Assembly (NCBI GenBank): GCA_031262685.1
Contig: JAISHG010000121.1
Location: 1 to 48,804, forward strand
DNA: 48,804 bases
DNA from: Lachnospiraceae bacterium
GTDB taxonomy: Bacteria; Bacillota; Clostridia; TANB77; CAG-508
Direction of reading: 5' to 3'
Positions 8,750 to 18,360 of this stretch are shown in pieces. Within the stretch, counting starts at the first letter, position 1; the number at the start of each line of letters is the position of its first letter. A model generated the notes under the pieces. The model worked only from the letters and a program-made list of their open reading frames with translations, had not been told where the DNA came from and did no database searches. A program made the position numbers and the translations under genes.

Positions 8750-9718
8750 CTATATGTTAGCTAGAGGATTGCTTTCAACAGCAGCACGGACTTGACTATT
8801 ATCTACATGTGTGTATATTTCAGTAGTAGCAATGCTTTCGTGACCTAAAAGCTCTTGTAAGGCACGAATATCGACATTACCGTATTTATACATAAGTGTA
8901 GCAGCAGTATGTCTTAATTTGTGAACTGAATACTTATTTATATCTAACCCAGTTTTTTGCAATTCGCGTTTAACTATGTACTGAACAGTTCTAGAACTAA
9001 TTCTCTCTTTTCTTTCGCTTAAAAATAAAGCATCTCTGGCATCATTTTTTGCTATATCGTGTGGGCGAACGCTTAGGTAGTCATTTATTGCGTTTACACA
9101 TGCTTTGTTTAAATATATGGTTCGTTCTTTATTTCCTTTACCAATTACGTTTAGTTTGTAATCACTAAAATTTATATCTTTAATATTTATATTTATAAGT
9201 TCAGACAAACGAATTCCGCAGTTTAAAAATATTGTTATTATTGCATAATCGCGCTTATTATTTCTGTTTTCTTCTTCATGAGTTTTTGTTAGCAAATCAA
9301 GACTTTCATTCAAAGATAAGTACTTGGGCATACGTTTTTCTAATTTTGGTGTTTCTAAATTTTGTGCAGGATTTATTTTTAGAATATTTGCTTTTTGAGT
9401 TAAATAGTTGAAAAAAGATCTTATGCTTGCAACTTTTCTTGCTCTTGTTGCAGCTTTTGCTTTAAGTTCATTTTTTAAATATGCAAGGTATGAGTGCAAA
9501 TCTTCTAATTTTAATTTTTCAAGAGACTCTATAGTCATGGAACTAATAGAGCAATTTTCAAAATCGGTTTTAGAAGTGGGACGAAGTTCTATGTATTTTA
9601 AAAAATTTAAAATATCATAATTATATTCTTTTATAGTATTTTTAGATTTGTTTAATATAACACCTGAGTAATCTAAGAATGAATTTAAAAAATCCGGATT
9701 ATCATTTCTATTTATCAT
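8750..9718 (-). CDS. tyrosine site-specific recombinase (XerC/XerD family)
   Basis: 322 aa with catalytic blocks LRHTAATLMY and GHESIATTEIYTHV. Its stop codon abuts the kinase stop codon with no gap. Confidence 0.85.
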   Translation of the reverse strand: MINRNDNPDFLNSFLDYSGVILNKSKNTIKEYNYDILNFLKYIELRPTSKTDFENCSISSMTIESLEKLKLEDLHSYLAYLKNELKAKAATRARKVASIRSFFNYLTQKANILKINPAQNLETPKLEKRMPKYLSLNESLDLLTKTHEEENRNNKRDYAIITIFLNCGIRLSELININIKDINFSDYKLNVIGKGNKERTIYLNKACVNAINDYLSVRPHDIAKNDARDALFLSERKERISSRTVQYIVKRELQKTGLDINKYSVHKLRHTAATLMYKYGNVDIRALQELLGHESIATTEIYTHVDNSQVRAAVESNPLANI

Positions 9719-9782
9719 ACAAATTCTCCTATCTAGAAAGTTATTATATCACATATATAAATTAAAAGAAATGTTTATAAAA

Positions 9783-9835
9783 TGTAGGGGCCGAGCGGTA
9801 AGGAATACCCATGAGGAATGCCGACTCGCGCCCTA
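9783..9835 (+). repeat. REP-like GTAG-headed hairpin, long variant
   Basis: tgtaggggccgagcgg...ccgactcgcgcccta has the same head and foot as the other copies, with a longer interior. Confidence 0.5.
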
Positions 9836-9870
9836 AAAATCATATAATTTATATCATAAAATTTATAATC

Positions 9871-9899
9871 TTGACAAAGTAAAAAAAACAAAGTATACT
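9871..9899 (+). promoter_or_regulatory. sigma-A type promoter upstream of rpmF
   Basis: TTGACA (9871-9876), 17-nt spacer, TATACT (9894-9899). Confidence 0.6.
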
Positions 9900-9964
9900 T
9901 CTATAGTATTTTTGAAAGCAAAAAAAGATTTTAAAATAGATTAGCTATACAAGGAGGGATATAC

Positions 9965-10147
9965 ATGGCACAACCAAAAAGAAGATGGTCAAAAGCAAGA
10001 ACGGGAAGTAAAAGATCAACATGGAAATTAGAAAATCCTAATTTGGCAAAATGCAAACATTGTGGGGAAGCAGTAATGCCTCATAGAGCTTGTAGTAATT
10101 GTGGATATTACGATGGAAAAGAAGTAATTTCTGTAAAAGAAGATTAG
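9965..10147 (+). CDS. rpmF: 50S ribosomal protein L32
   Basis: MAQPKRRWSKARTG... with a CxxC...CxxC zinc ribbon. AAGGAGG RBS. Confidence 0.95.
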   Translation: MAQPKRRWSKARTGSKRSTWKLENPNLAKCKHCGEAVMPHRACSNCGYYDGKEVISVKED

Positions 10148-10160
10148 TTTATAAATTAAA

Positions 10161-10186
10161 AAGCATGCACAATGTGTATGCTTTTA
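10161..10186 (+). terminator. rho-independent terminator
   Basis: aagcatgcac-aat-gtgtatgctt followed by tt. Confidence 0.6.
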
Positions 10187-10211
10187 GTATAACTAGAGGT
10201 GATATATATTT

Positions 10212-10709
10212 ATGAATAGAGTAGATAAAACAAATTATTATTTAGATATTGCAGAATCTGTTGCAAGTAGGAGCACTTGTTTAAGAAAAAAATATGGTAC
10301 AGTTATTGTAAAAAATGATGAGATAATATCTACTGGTTATAGTGGGTCTCCGCGAGGAAGAGCAAATTGCATAGATTTAGGATATTGCAATAAGAAAAAG
10401 GTATTCCCCGATGCTCATCACACAGGTTATGATGCATGTAGAGGGGTTCATAGCGAGCAAAACGCCATAATAAGTGCCTCTAGAAAAGATATGATGAATT
10501 CAACATTATATCTAGTTGGATATAAAGAAACCGAAAATGGAAACGAATACGAAGAAGGAGCATCTCCTTGTTTAACGTGCAGAAAATTTATTATAAATTC
10601 TGGTATAGAAAAAGTTGTTGTGCGCGAAGATAAAAAGAATTATATCGTTATAGATGTAGAAGAATGGGTTAAAAACGATGAATTATTAAACGATGTACTT
10701 GCATATTAA
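10212..10709 (+). CDS. comEB: dCMP deaminase / ComE operon protein 2 family
   Basis: Cytidine/deoxycytidylate deaminase zinc motifs HSEQNA and PCLTCRK. Confidence 0.85.
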   Translation: MNRVDKTNYYLDIAESVASRSTCLRKKYGTVIVKNDEIISTGYSGSPRGRANCIDLGYCNKKKVFPDAHHTGYDACRGVHSEQNAIISASRKDMMNSTLYLVGYKETENGNEYEEGASPCLTCRKFIINSGIEKVVVREDKKNYIVIDVEEWVKNDELLNDVLAY

Positions 10710-10729
10710 ATTGTAAAAGGTGAAGTAGA

Positions 10730-10918
10730 ATGAATTTAGTTATTTTTATAGGAATAATAATATCCTTAATAGGAGTAGTAATGATTTACGATGCTAGAGT
10801 TATAACAAAGAAAATATTTGGTTTTGGTGACCAAAATGAAGCTGCTTTAGGATTAAAGCTAGTTGGTTTTATTATTGCAATAATTGGTGCATTAATAGTA
10901 TATTTTAACATGCAGTAA
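10730..10918 (+). CDS. small two-TM membrane protein
   Basis: 62 aa with two hydrophobic helices. RBS aaaggtgaag. Confidence 0.45.
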   Translation: MNLVIFIGIIISLIGVVMIYDARVITKKIFGFGDQNEAALGLKLVGFIIAIIGALIVYFNMQ

Positions 10919-10934
10919 TTGGTAGGTGTAAAAA

Positions 10935-12801
10935 GTGTTAGAACACGTTAATAATGTAGAAGACTTAAAAAAATTAGATAAAACTCAAAAAATAGAATTG
11001 GCAAAAGACATAAGGAAAGAATTAATAAATGTAACATCTAAAACAGGAGGGCATTTGGCATCAAATTTAGGAGTGGTAGAGCTTACAATAGCTCTGCACT
11101 CTGTTTTTGATGTTCCTCAAGATAAAATTGTTTGGGATGTAGGGCATCAAACTTATGTGCATAAAATGCTAACAGGTAGAAAAGATAAATTACATACAAT
11201 AAGGCAATTGGATGGGATTTCGGGGTTCCCTAAAACGTGTGAGTCGATATACGACTGTTTTGATACTGGGCACAGTAGTACTTCTATATCTATTGCACTT
11301 GGAATGGCAAGAGCAAACGCCATAAATAAAATAAAAAATCGTGTTATTGCAGTTATTGGGGATGGTGCTTTGACAGGTGGTATGGCACTAGAAGCCTTAA
11401 ATGATGCTGGAAGTAGCAATGCAAATATATTAGTAGTATTAAACGATAATGAAATGAGCATATCTAAGAATGTGGGTGGCGTGCGAAATTTTCTTACTAA
11501 ACTTCGTACTAAAAAGTTTTACAAAAAAACTAACAATGTTACAAAAAAAGTTTTAAATAAGGTACCGCTACTTGGTAGTTTTAGCATTAAACTTGCGAGA
11601 AGAATAAAGCAAGGAATAAAGCAAATTTTTATACCAAACATGTTCTTTGAGGATATAGGTTTTACTTATTTTGGACCTGTAGATGGACATGATATAGAAA
11701 AACTGGAAAGCATACTAAACCTAGCAAATTCACAAGAAGGACCTATTTTAGTTCATGTAATAACTACAAAAGGAAAAGGTTATGAAATTGCAGAACTTGA
11801 TCCAGGTAAATTTCACGCAATATCTAAGTTTAATATAGATACTGGGGAATTAGAAAGTGCCAAAGCGAAAGATTATTCTTCTGTATTTGGAAATAAATTA
11901 GTAGAGCTTGCAACTAAAGACGAAAAAATTGTTGCAGTTACAGCTGCAATGGCAGATGGTACAGGACTAAAAGATTTTTCGGAAAAGTTTCCGAATAGAT
12001 TTTTTGATGTTGGCATAGCTGAGGAACATGCAGCCCGGATTAATTGCAGGAATGGCAAAACAAGGATTAAAGCCAGTATTTCCCGTTTATTCTTCGTTTT
12101 TGCAAAGAGCATATGATCAAATAATTCATGATGTTTGTCTGCAAAATTTGCCTGCTACAATCTGTATAGATAGGGCTGGTTTGGTTGGGAACGATGGAGA
12201 AACCCATCAAGGTTTGTTAGACTTTGCATTTCTCCAGACAATACCAAATATAAATATACTAGCGCCAAAGAATTTTATGGAGTTAGAGCAAATGCTAGAG
12301 TTCTCAGTTAATAGTAATATTCCAATAGCTATTAGGTATCCCAGAGGTGCTGAAGGAAAAACATCTTTAAATTCTAATTCGCCCATAGTTTTAGGGAAAT
12401 CCGAAATATTATGTAAGGGTGAAAAAATTGCCCTACTTGCTATTGGAAAAATGGTGGAAAGAGCGTGTGAAGTAGCAGATATTTTAAAAAGACAAGGAAA
12501 GAACATAACAGTTGTAAATATGAGGTTTTTAAAACCTATAGACAAAGATTTAGTCTTAGGCATCTTGACCACAAATAAATATGTTGTTACTTTAGAAGAT
12601 GCATATATAGCTGGAGGACTTGGAACTGCAGTTTCAGAGATAATTGTAGAGAATAACGTTCGAGATATTTGTTTGCTAAAACTAGGGTATCCAAATGAAT
12701 TTATTAAACATGGAAACGTAGATCAAATAGAAAAAAAATACGGATTAGATACTGCTTCTATGGTAGAAAAAATAATTCAATTGACTAAAGGGTCAATTTG
12801 A
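10935..12801 (+). CDS. dxs: 1-deoxy-D-xylulose-5-phosphate synthase, interrupted by a +1 frame break at CGG 12036-12038
   Basis: The ORFs 10935..12116 and 12028..12801 overlap. Frame 0 gives ...DVGIAEEHAA. Skipping C12036 continues GLIAGMAKQGLKPVFPVYSSFLQRAYDQIIHDV, which is canonical Dxs. The joined length is 621 aa. Confidence 0.9.
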
Positions 12802-12872
12802 TAAAAAATTCTTGATATAAAAAAGTCAATACTATATAATCTTTTCGTATATTAATTAGGAGACAAGTAGGT

Positions 12873-13473
12873 ATGAATAGAACCAAGAGAAAAATATTCG
12901 AAACATCAATGCAACTCTTTGCAAAAAAAGGTTATGAAGCTACGAGTATAGAAGAAATAACTGCTGTTGTTGGTGTTGCAAAAGGAACATTGTACTATCA
13001 TTTCTCCAGTAAGGAAGAAATTTTCAATTTCCTTGTAGAAGAAGGAATGAAACTTTTAAAAAACAGTATACAAATCAAAATGCAAAGTCTAAATAATGCT
13101 ACCGACAAATTAAGAGCCATAGTGCTAATACAAATTAAAGTTATGGCAAAATATGAAGACTTTATTTCTATACTTCTTAGTCAGCTTTGGGGTAATGAAG
13201 CGAGAAACAATACTTGTAAAAACTATGTTTTCGACTATCTAAAGATAATAGAAAATACAATACAAGAAGGCATAGACAGTGGTGAATTTGTAAAACTAAA
13301 TCCTGAAATTTTAGCATCTCGGTATATTTGCATTAACATGTTCTAGTCTAATATACAAGTTAAAAACTAATAAAGAAATAGACATAAAAAGAAATTATAT
13401 CGAATATGAAAAATATTTATTAACTATTTTAAAAGATGGAAAGGTTGAAACAGATGGAAAGAAAAATACATAA
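12873..13473 (+). CDS. TetR/AcrR family regulator, interrupted by a +1 frame break at CGG 13320-13322
   Basis: N-terminal HTH (GYEATSIEEITAVVGVAKGTLYYHF). Frame 0 stops 9 codons after the CGG. The +1 frame from GGT 13321 is open for 50 more codons to TAA 13471-13473, giving a family-typical 199 aa. Confidence 0.75.
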
Positions 13474-15178
13474 TTTTGTGGAGATAAAGAATCTAAAGGA
13501 TATGCTTAAAAAAACTGGGCAGATGTATGCTAAGTATCCTGCGTTTAAATTTAAAACGGAACAAGAAGGTAAGTTTAAAATAATAACTCATGAAGAATAT
13601 AGAAATGAAATTAATTCTTTAGGGACAGCTCTCATAAATATGGGACTTAAAGGAAAAAGAATTGCAGTAATATCAGACAATAGATATGAATGGACAGTGG
13701 CATATCTAGCTATTTGTTGTGGTACAGGAGTAGTAGTTCCATTAGATAAATCTTTACCAGAACAAGAAATAGAAAATTTATTGATTCGTTCAAAGGTCCA
13801 AGCAATTTTTTATTCAGATAAATATACTAAAACTATGGAAAAAATTAAAGCAGGAGGAAAAACAAACCTTTTACATTATATTTCTATGGATTTAGATAAA
13901 TCTAATTCGAAAGTGTTATCACAAAAGGCGCTAACCCAAAAAGGCGAAATGCTAGTTGCAGAGGGGAACACTGCTTTCATAGATGCCGAAATAGACGAAG
14001 AAGAAATGTCTTTTATGTTATTTACATCAGGAACTACTGCTTTATCTAAGGCAGTAGCGTTATCTCACAAAAATATATGTACAAATATTATGGATATAGC
14101 TTCTGTAATAGAATTAACTCCAGAAGATACTTTATTATCGTTCTTACCGTTACATCATACATTCGAATGTACAGTTGGATTCTTGTATCCAATTTATAAA
14201 GGAGCTACAATTGCTTATTGTGAGGGGATACGTTACATTGCAGATAACATAAGAGAATACCAAATTACAGCAATGATTTCGGTACCTATATTATTTGAAA
14301 ATATGTATAAAAAAGTAATGAAGGGTATTAAAAAGCAAGGTAAATATGAAAAAGTTCAGTTTGGAATAAAACTTACTAAGTTTTTTCTAAAGTTTAAAAT
14401 TGATTTACGAAAACGTATTTTTAAAGATATACACAGTGTGTTAGGCGGTAAAGTAAGATTGTTTGTAAATGGAGCCGCAGCATTAGATAAAGAAACAGAA
14501 ATAGGGTTTAATAATTTAGGATTTAAAATTGTTCAAGGATATGGATTAACAGAAACATCACCTGTAATATCTGCAGGTAACGACAGACATACTAAAATTG
14601 GTTCTGTTGGTAAAGTCTTTCCTAGTTTCGAAATCAAAATAGACAATCCAAATGAAACCGGTATTGGGGAAATTGTAGTAAAAGGTAACTCTGTTATGCT
14701 TGGCTACTATGAAAATGCAGAAGCTACAAACGAAGTTTTAAAAGATGGATGGTTCCATACTGGCGATTTAGGATATTTAGATGAAGAAGATTACTTATTT
14801 ATAACCGGTAGAAAGAAAAATGTTATAGTATTAAAAAATGGAAAAAATATTTACCCAGAGGAATTAGAAGCGAAAATAAATAAAATAGACGGAATAAAAG
14901 AATCTATTGTGTACGGAAAACCAGAAAGTTCTAATGATGCAGATTTGAAATTGTGTGCAAAAATAGTATACGATAAAGAAACAGTTAAAGAAGAATATGG
15001 CTTAAATACAGAAAGCGAAATTTTAGATAAAATTTGGGACAAAATTAAAGAAATAAATAAAACAATGCCAACGTATAAGTACATTAGAGAGATAACGTTA
15101 ACAGAACAAGAACTTATAAAAACAACTACTCAAAAAATTAAGAGACATGAGGAATTGGCGAAAATACTGGGTAAGTAA
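13436..15178 (+). CDS. long-chain acyl-CoA synthetase (AMP-forming)
   Basis: AMP-binding signature LFTSGTTALSKAV, plus GYGLTETS and the TGD...GRKKN blocks. The start may be ATG 13454. Confidence 0.85.
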   Translation: MERLKQMERKIHNFVEIKNLKDMLKKTGQMYAKYPAFKFKTEQEGKFKIITHEEYRNEINSLGTALINMGLKGKRIAVISDNRYEWTVAYLAICCGTGVVVPLDKSLPEQEIENLLIRSKVQAIFYSDKYTKTMEKIKAGGKTNLLHYISMDLDKSNSKVLSQKALTQKGEMLVAEGNTAFIDAEIDEEEMSFMLFTSGTTALSKAVALSHKNICTNIMDIASVIELTPEDTLLSFLPLHHTFECTVGFLYPIYKGATIAYCEGIRYIADNIREYQITAMISVPILFENMYKKVMKGIKKQGKYEKVQFGIKLTKFFLKFKIDLRKRIFKDIHSVLGGKVRLFVNGAAALDKETEIGFNNLGFKIVQGYGLTETSPVISAGNDRHTKIGSVGKVFPSFEIKIDNPNETGIGEIVVKGNSVMLGYYENAEATNEVLKDGWFHTGDLGYLDEEDYLFITGRKKNVIVLKNGKNIYPEELEAKINKIDGIKESIVYGKPESSNDADLKLCAKIVYDKETVKEEYGLNTESEILDKIWDKIKEINKTMPTYKYIREITLTEQELIKTTTQKIKRHEELAKILGK

Positions 15179-15232
15179 GGTTGTATACGTTTAAAAATAA
15201 TTATAGAAAATAATAGTAAATAGTATTGACTT

Positions 15233-15265
15233 TTGTAATATTATTGTAATATTATTGTAACACAA
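15233..15265 (+). promoter_or_regulatory. three tandem 11-bp units TTGTAAYAYWA
   Basis: ttgtaatatta / ttgtaatatta / ttgtaacacaa, back to back, directly after TTGACT (15226-15231). Confidence 0.4.
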
Positions 15266-15293
15266 ATGATAAAAACAAATTTTATAAATCCTA

Positions 15294-15322
15294 TTGTAGT
15301 ATTCTGCAAAAAAATGTATAAT
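15294..15322 (+). promoter_or_regulatory. sigma-A type promoter
   Basis: TTGTAG (15294-15299), 17-nt spacer, TATAAT (15317-15322). Confidence 0.5.
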
Positions 15323-15370
15323 TACTAAGAAATGATGCTGACAAACATAGGATAAAGGAGGGGTGTTTAC

Positions 15371-16249
15371 GTGTCACTATTCTCAAAATCAGGCATAGTA
15401 AACGTAAAAATGATAATTACGGAAGAAAAAATTTTATCTAATATAGATAGAGTTCAAAAAATGATAAATCCAAATAATAAAAAGCAGATTATCGAATTAG
15501 AAGAAGATGCTTATTTTATAGATTTAATAGATTCAATAAAAACATATTTGCAAGAATATCCAAAAAAGAAAAATTTTCCGGAAGCAGTATATAAAGCTGC
15601 TTACGATCTTGTTGAATATGCTACTACACAATTCGAAGACAATACTAAACAAATAGAAGAATTAATTAGGCAGCGAGAAAAAAACATTGCACTTGCCAAT
15701 AAATTAAAAAACATAATAAAATCTGTTCAAGGAAAAGAAAAAGACTGGAAAGACAAAGTGAAGCAGGCAGTAGAAGATTTTTCTGAAGACATAATAAGTA
15801 CACTAAATCTAATTGGCAGAAGTAAAACTACAAAATCCGAAAATTACAATAGTGCACTAAAATTGGTAAATGCGAGAGTATCAAACTTAGAAAGCAATTT
15901 GCATATAGAAATAGATATGGAACGTATAGAAGACAGGTCAAAAGCACTAAGTTATATCGGCATAGAAGTAGCAGAAGCATTAAAAGAAATACCAGCTCCA
16001 AGTAAAAAAACAGTTACAGTTAAAGCTACGGTCACAGAAAAAGTAAAAAAACCTACAGTAAATACTCTAGTAAAAGAAGAACAACAAATAGCAGAAACCG
16101 AGTATATACAAGATACTAGAGTAGAAGTAAAACCTTCTTTATGGCAAAGGATTAAAACTAGTAAAGTTATAAGAATAATAACTAACCTAACAAAAATAAG
16201 GATCAGAATAGATGTTCCGGCACTTCCGGAAGCTAGAGAACAAAAATAA
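15371..16249 (+). CDS. coiled-coil hypothetical protein
   Basis: GTG start 9 nt after AAGGAGG. 292 aa, Lys/Glu-rich, with a basic C-terminus. No recognisable catalytic motif. Confidence 0.55.
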   Translation: MSLFSKSGIVNVKMIITEEKILSNIDRVQKMINPNNKKQIIELEEDAYFIDLIDSIKTYLQEYPKKKNFPEAVYKAAYDLVEYATTQFEDNTKQIEELIRQREKNIALANKLKNIIKSVQGKEKDWKDKVKQAVEDFSEDIISTLNLIGRSKTTKSENYNSALKLVNARVSNLESNLHIEIDMERIEDRSKALSYIGIEVAEALKEIPAPSKKTVTVKATVTEKVKKPTVNTLVKEEQQIAETEYIQDTRVEVKPSLWQRIKTSKVIRIITNLTKIRIRIDVPALPEAREQK

Positions 16250-16263
16250 AATAAGAGTATGAT

Positions 16264-16291
16264 GGCGGATTGATTATCCGCCAAATTTTTT
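16264..16291 (+). terminator. rho-independent terminator
   Basis: ggcggat-tgatt-atccgcc followed by aaatttttt. Confidence 0.7.
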
Positions 16292-16362
16292 AGAGTTTGT
16301 GTAAAATAATGGACAGAACTTTTTACATGTGTTAAAGAATTGTACGAGAAAGGAAATGTGTT

Positions 16363-17235
16363 GTGTATAAATTAATAGTTACGGATTTAGATGGAACGTT
16401 ACTAAATTCGCACGGAGAAGTAAGTAAGACTAATATTGATACTATAAAGTTAGCAATAAGTAAAGGCGTTGAAGTGATTTTGGCGTCAGGCAGACCCGTT
16501 GAAGCAATGAGAAATTATGCTTTAGAAATCGGGGCAAGTAAATATATTATCTCTGGAAATGGTGCTATAATATATAACTTAGAAAAAAACAAAATCGTAT
16601 ATAAAAAACAAATTAAAAAGACTCGAGTAGAACAAATTGCTAAAGCTTGCGAGGAAAACAGCATATTTTATTGTGTGTATACTAAAGATAAAATTCTTAC
16701 AAAATCTTTGGATTATAGTCTTTTGTTTTTTTATGCTGAGAATACCAGAAAACCTCAAGAAAAACAAACTAGAATTGAAGTTATACCAAATCTCTTAGAA
16801 TATATAAGAGAACATAGCAATGAGGAGTATTTTAAAATTTCAATTTTCGATAAAGACAGAAGCGTTTTTGGAAGCATAATGAGAAAACTAAAAAAAGTTA
16901 AAAATGTTGATATTTTACAAGTGGAACACATGTCAACAAAATTAGTAAAATTAGAAGATAAAGAAATAAAATTAGAATATTTCTATACTGAAATTACAGC
17001 TAAAAATATTAATAAATGGACGGCTCTAAAGTTTTTGTTGCGAAGATTTAGAATTAGAAAGAAAAATGTTATTGCAATTGGTGATAATTTCAACGATAAA
17101 GAAATGCTAGAAAAATGCGGAATGGGAGTGGTTATGGGAAATAGCACACCGAATATGAGAATGATAGGAAAATTGTTGACAAGCTCTAACGATGATGATG
17201 GGGTTGCAAAAGCCGTAAAAAAACTTGTATTATAG
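16363..17235 (+). CDS. Cof-type HAD-IIB phosphatase
   Basis: Motif I IVTDLDGTLL and motif IV GDNFNDKEML. Confidence 0.85.
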   Translation: MYKLIVTDLDGTLLNSHGEVSKTNIDTIKLAISKGVEVILASGRPVEAMRNYALEIGASKYIISGNGAIIYNLEKNKIVYKKQIKKTRVEQIAKACEENSIFYCVYTKDKILTKSLDYSLLFFYAENTRKPQEKQTRIEVIPNLLEYIREHSNEEYFKISIFDKDRSVFGSIMRKLKKVKNVDILQVEHMSTKLVKLEDKEIKLEYFYTEITAKNINKWTALKFLLRRFRIRKKNVIAIGDNFNDKEMLEKCGMGVVMGNSTPNMRMIGKLLTSSNDDDGVAKAVKKLVL

Positions 17236-17255
17236 GATTCGTAAAATGTCAAACG

Positions 17256-17321
17256 AAATGTTACAAAAATGTTACAAACAGATTACAGATATGTGATATT
17301 TGTGCTTTGTTTGTAACATTT
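17256..17321. promoter_or_regulatory. candidate operator: 12-mer AAATGTTACAAA twice in tandem plus one inverted copy
   Basis: Copies at 17256-17267 and 17267-17278 with an 11-bp period. The exact reverse complement tttgtaacattt is at 17310-17321 and abuts the -35 element. Confidence 0.45.
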
Positions 17322-17322
17322 G

Positions 17323-17351
17323 TTGCTTTTTGAAAATTGTTTTTATATACT
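17323..17351 (+). promoter_or_regulatory. candidate promoter of the filament operon
   Basis: TTGCTT (17323-17328), 17-nt spacer, TATACT (17346-17351). Confidence 0.4.
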
Positions 17352-17389
17352 TATTTTAAAGTTAAAAAGAAAACTTAGGAGGAATAAAT

Positions 17390-18349
17390 ATGGCTTCAAA
17401 TCCAATGAAAACAAGATCAAACAATTCATTTTTTTTAGGAATGCTAGTAATGCTAATAATAGCAGGAATAGCAATAGCAGGAATAATATTCTACTTTAAT
17501 AATTCAAAAACTGGCGTAGGGACCAAAAGTAAAGATGGTAAAACGACTCAATTAGTTTATAAACTAACTAGAAATGTGGCATCAGGAGAAGAAATCACAC
17601 TTGCAGATTTGGTTCCTGAGGAAATTAACACCGAAATAACAGCCGACAAATTGGTAAATAGTACATCTTTCCAAGGTCAAATGGAATTAGAAACAGGAAC
17701 GATGGTAGACGAAAGATTTATAGCAAAAATTGCTTTACCTTCAGGCACAGTAGTTACTACTGATATGCTAGCCTTAAGAGATAATACTGTAACCACGTCT
17801 GGTGGTGCTGTAACATATAAACCTGATTTGAGATTACAAGAATACAATATGATTCAATTACCATCAAATTTACAACCGGGAAATTATGTAGATATTAGAT
17901 TTAGATTATCAGATGGACAAGATTTTATTGTAGTAAGTAAAAAACAAGTAATGGAAACTACCCAAAATGCTATATGGATAGTTTTAGATGAATCAGAAAT
18001 AATGTTAATGAGTAATGCAATAGTTGAATCATACATATTGGGAAGTTCATTATTATATGCAACAACATATACAGAACCTGGATTGCAGGCACAAGCATCA
18101 CACACATATCTACCTAGTACAGCAGTAATTAATGCAATTTCGAAAGATCCCAATATAACAGTAACAGCAAGAAATGCTTTAGTAGCGGAATTTAATAGTG
18201 ATACTAATACAGACCGTCCAATAAGAAGTACTATAAATGGATATATTTCAAGTGCAAACGAGGAAGCTTTATCAGCAATACAAGAAAAGATAACTGAATC
18301 TCAAACAAAAGCCGCAGAAGAAAGAGCAAATTTCTTATCTGGAATGTAG
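17390..18349 (+). CDS. CpaB/RcpC-like pilus assembly protein (SAF domain), membrane anchored
   Basis: N-terminal TM helix, SAF-like VYKLTRNVASGEEITLADLV, and RcpC-like PGNYVDIRFRL. AGGAGG RBS. Confidence 0.6.
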   Translation: MASNPMKTRSNNSFFLGMLVMLIIAGIAIAGIIFYFNNSKTGVGTKSKDGKTTQLVYKLTRNVASGEEITLADLVPEEINTEITADKLVNSTSFQGQMELETGTMVDERFIAKIALPSGTVVTTDMLALRDNTVTTSGGAVTYKPDLRLQEYNMIQLPSNLQPGNYVDIRFRLSDGQDFIVVSKKQVMETTQNAIWIVLDESEIMLMSNAIVESYILGSSLLYATTYTEPGLQAQASHTYLPSTAVINAISKDPNITVTARNALVAEFNSDTNTDRPIRSTINGYISSANEEALSAIQEKITESQTKAAEERANFLSGM

Positions 18350-18360
18350 TGGAGGAAATT

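Noticed and set aside
8744-8755. The kinase and tyrosine-recombinase stop codons abut (tag|cta) with no terminator between the convergent genes.
   Set aside because: The observation is real, but it is probably just compact gene packing. There is no additional structure to support a regulatory role.
9783-9835. tRNA-like look of GGCCGAGCGGTAAGG (a class II tRNA D-arm pattern) inside the long hairpin repeat.
   Set aside because: There is no T-arm (GGTTCGAAT-like) and no anticodon stem, and the total length is about 52 nt. The head and foot match the REP-like family, so I treat it as a repeat variant rather than a tRNA or tRNA fragment.
15233-15265. Possible CRISPR or other array, suggested by the tandem repeats.
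   Set aside because: There are only three contiguous 11-bp units without spacers and no cas genes. This is more consistent with regulator binding sites.
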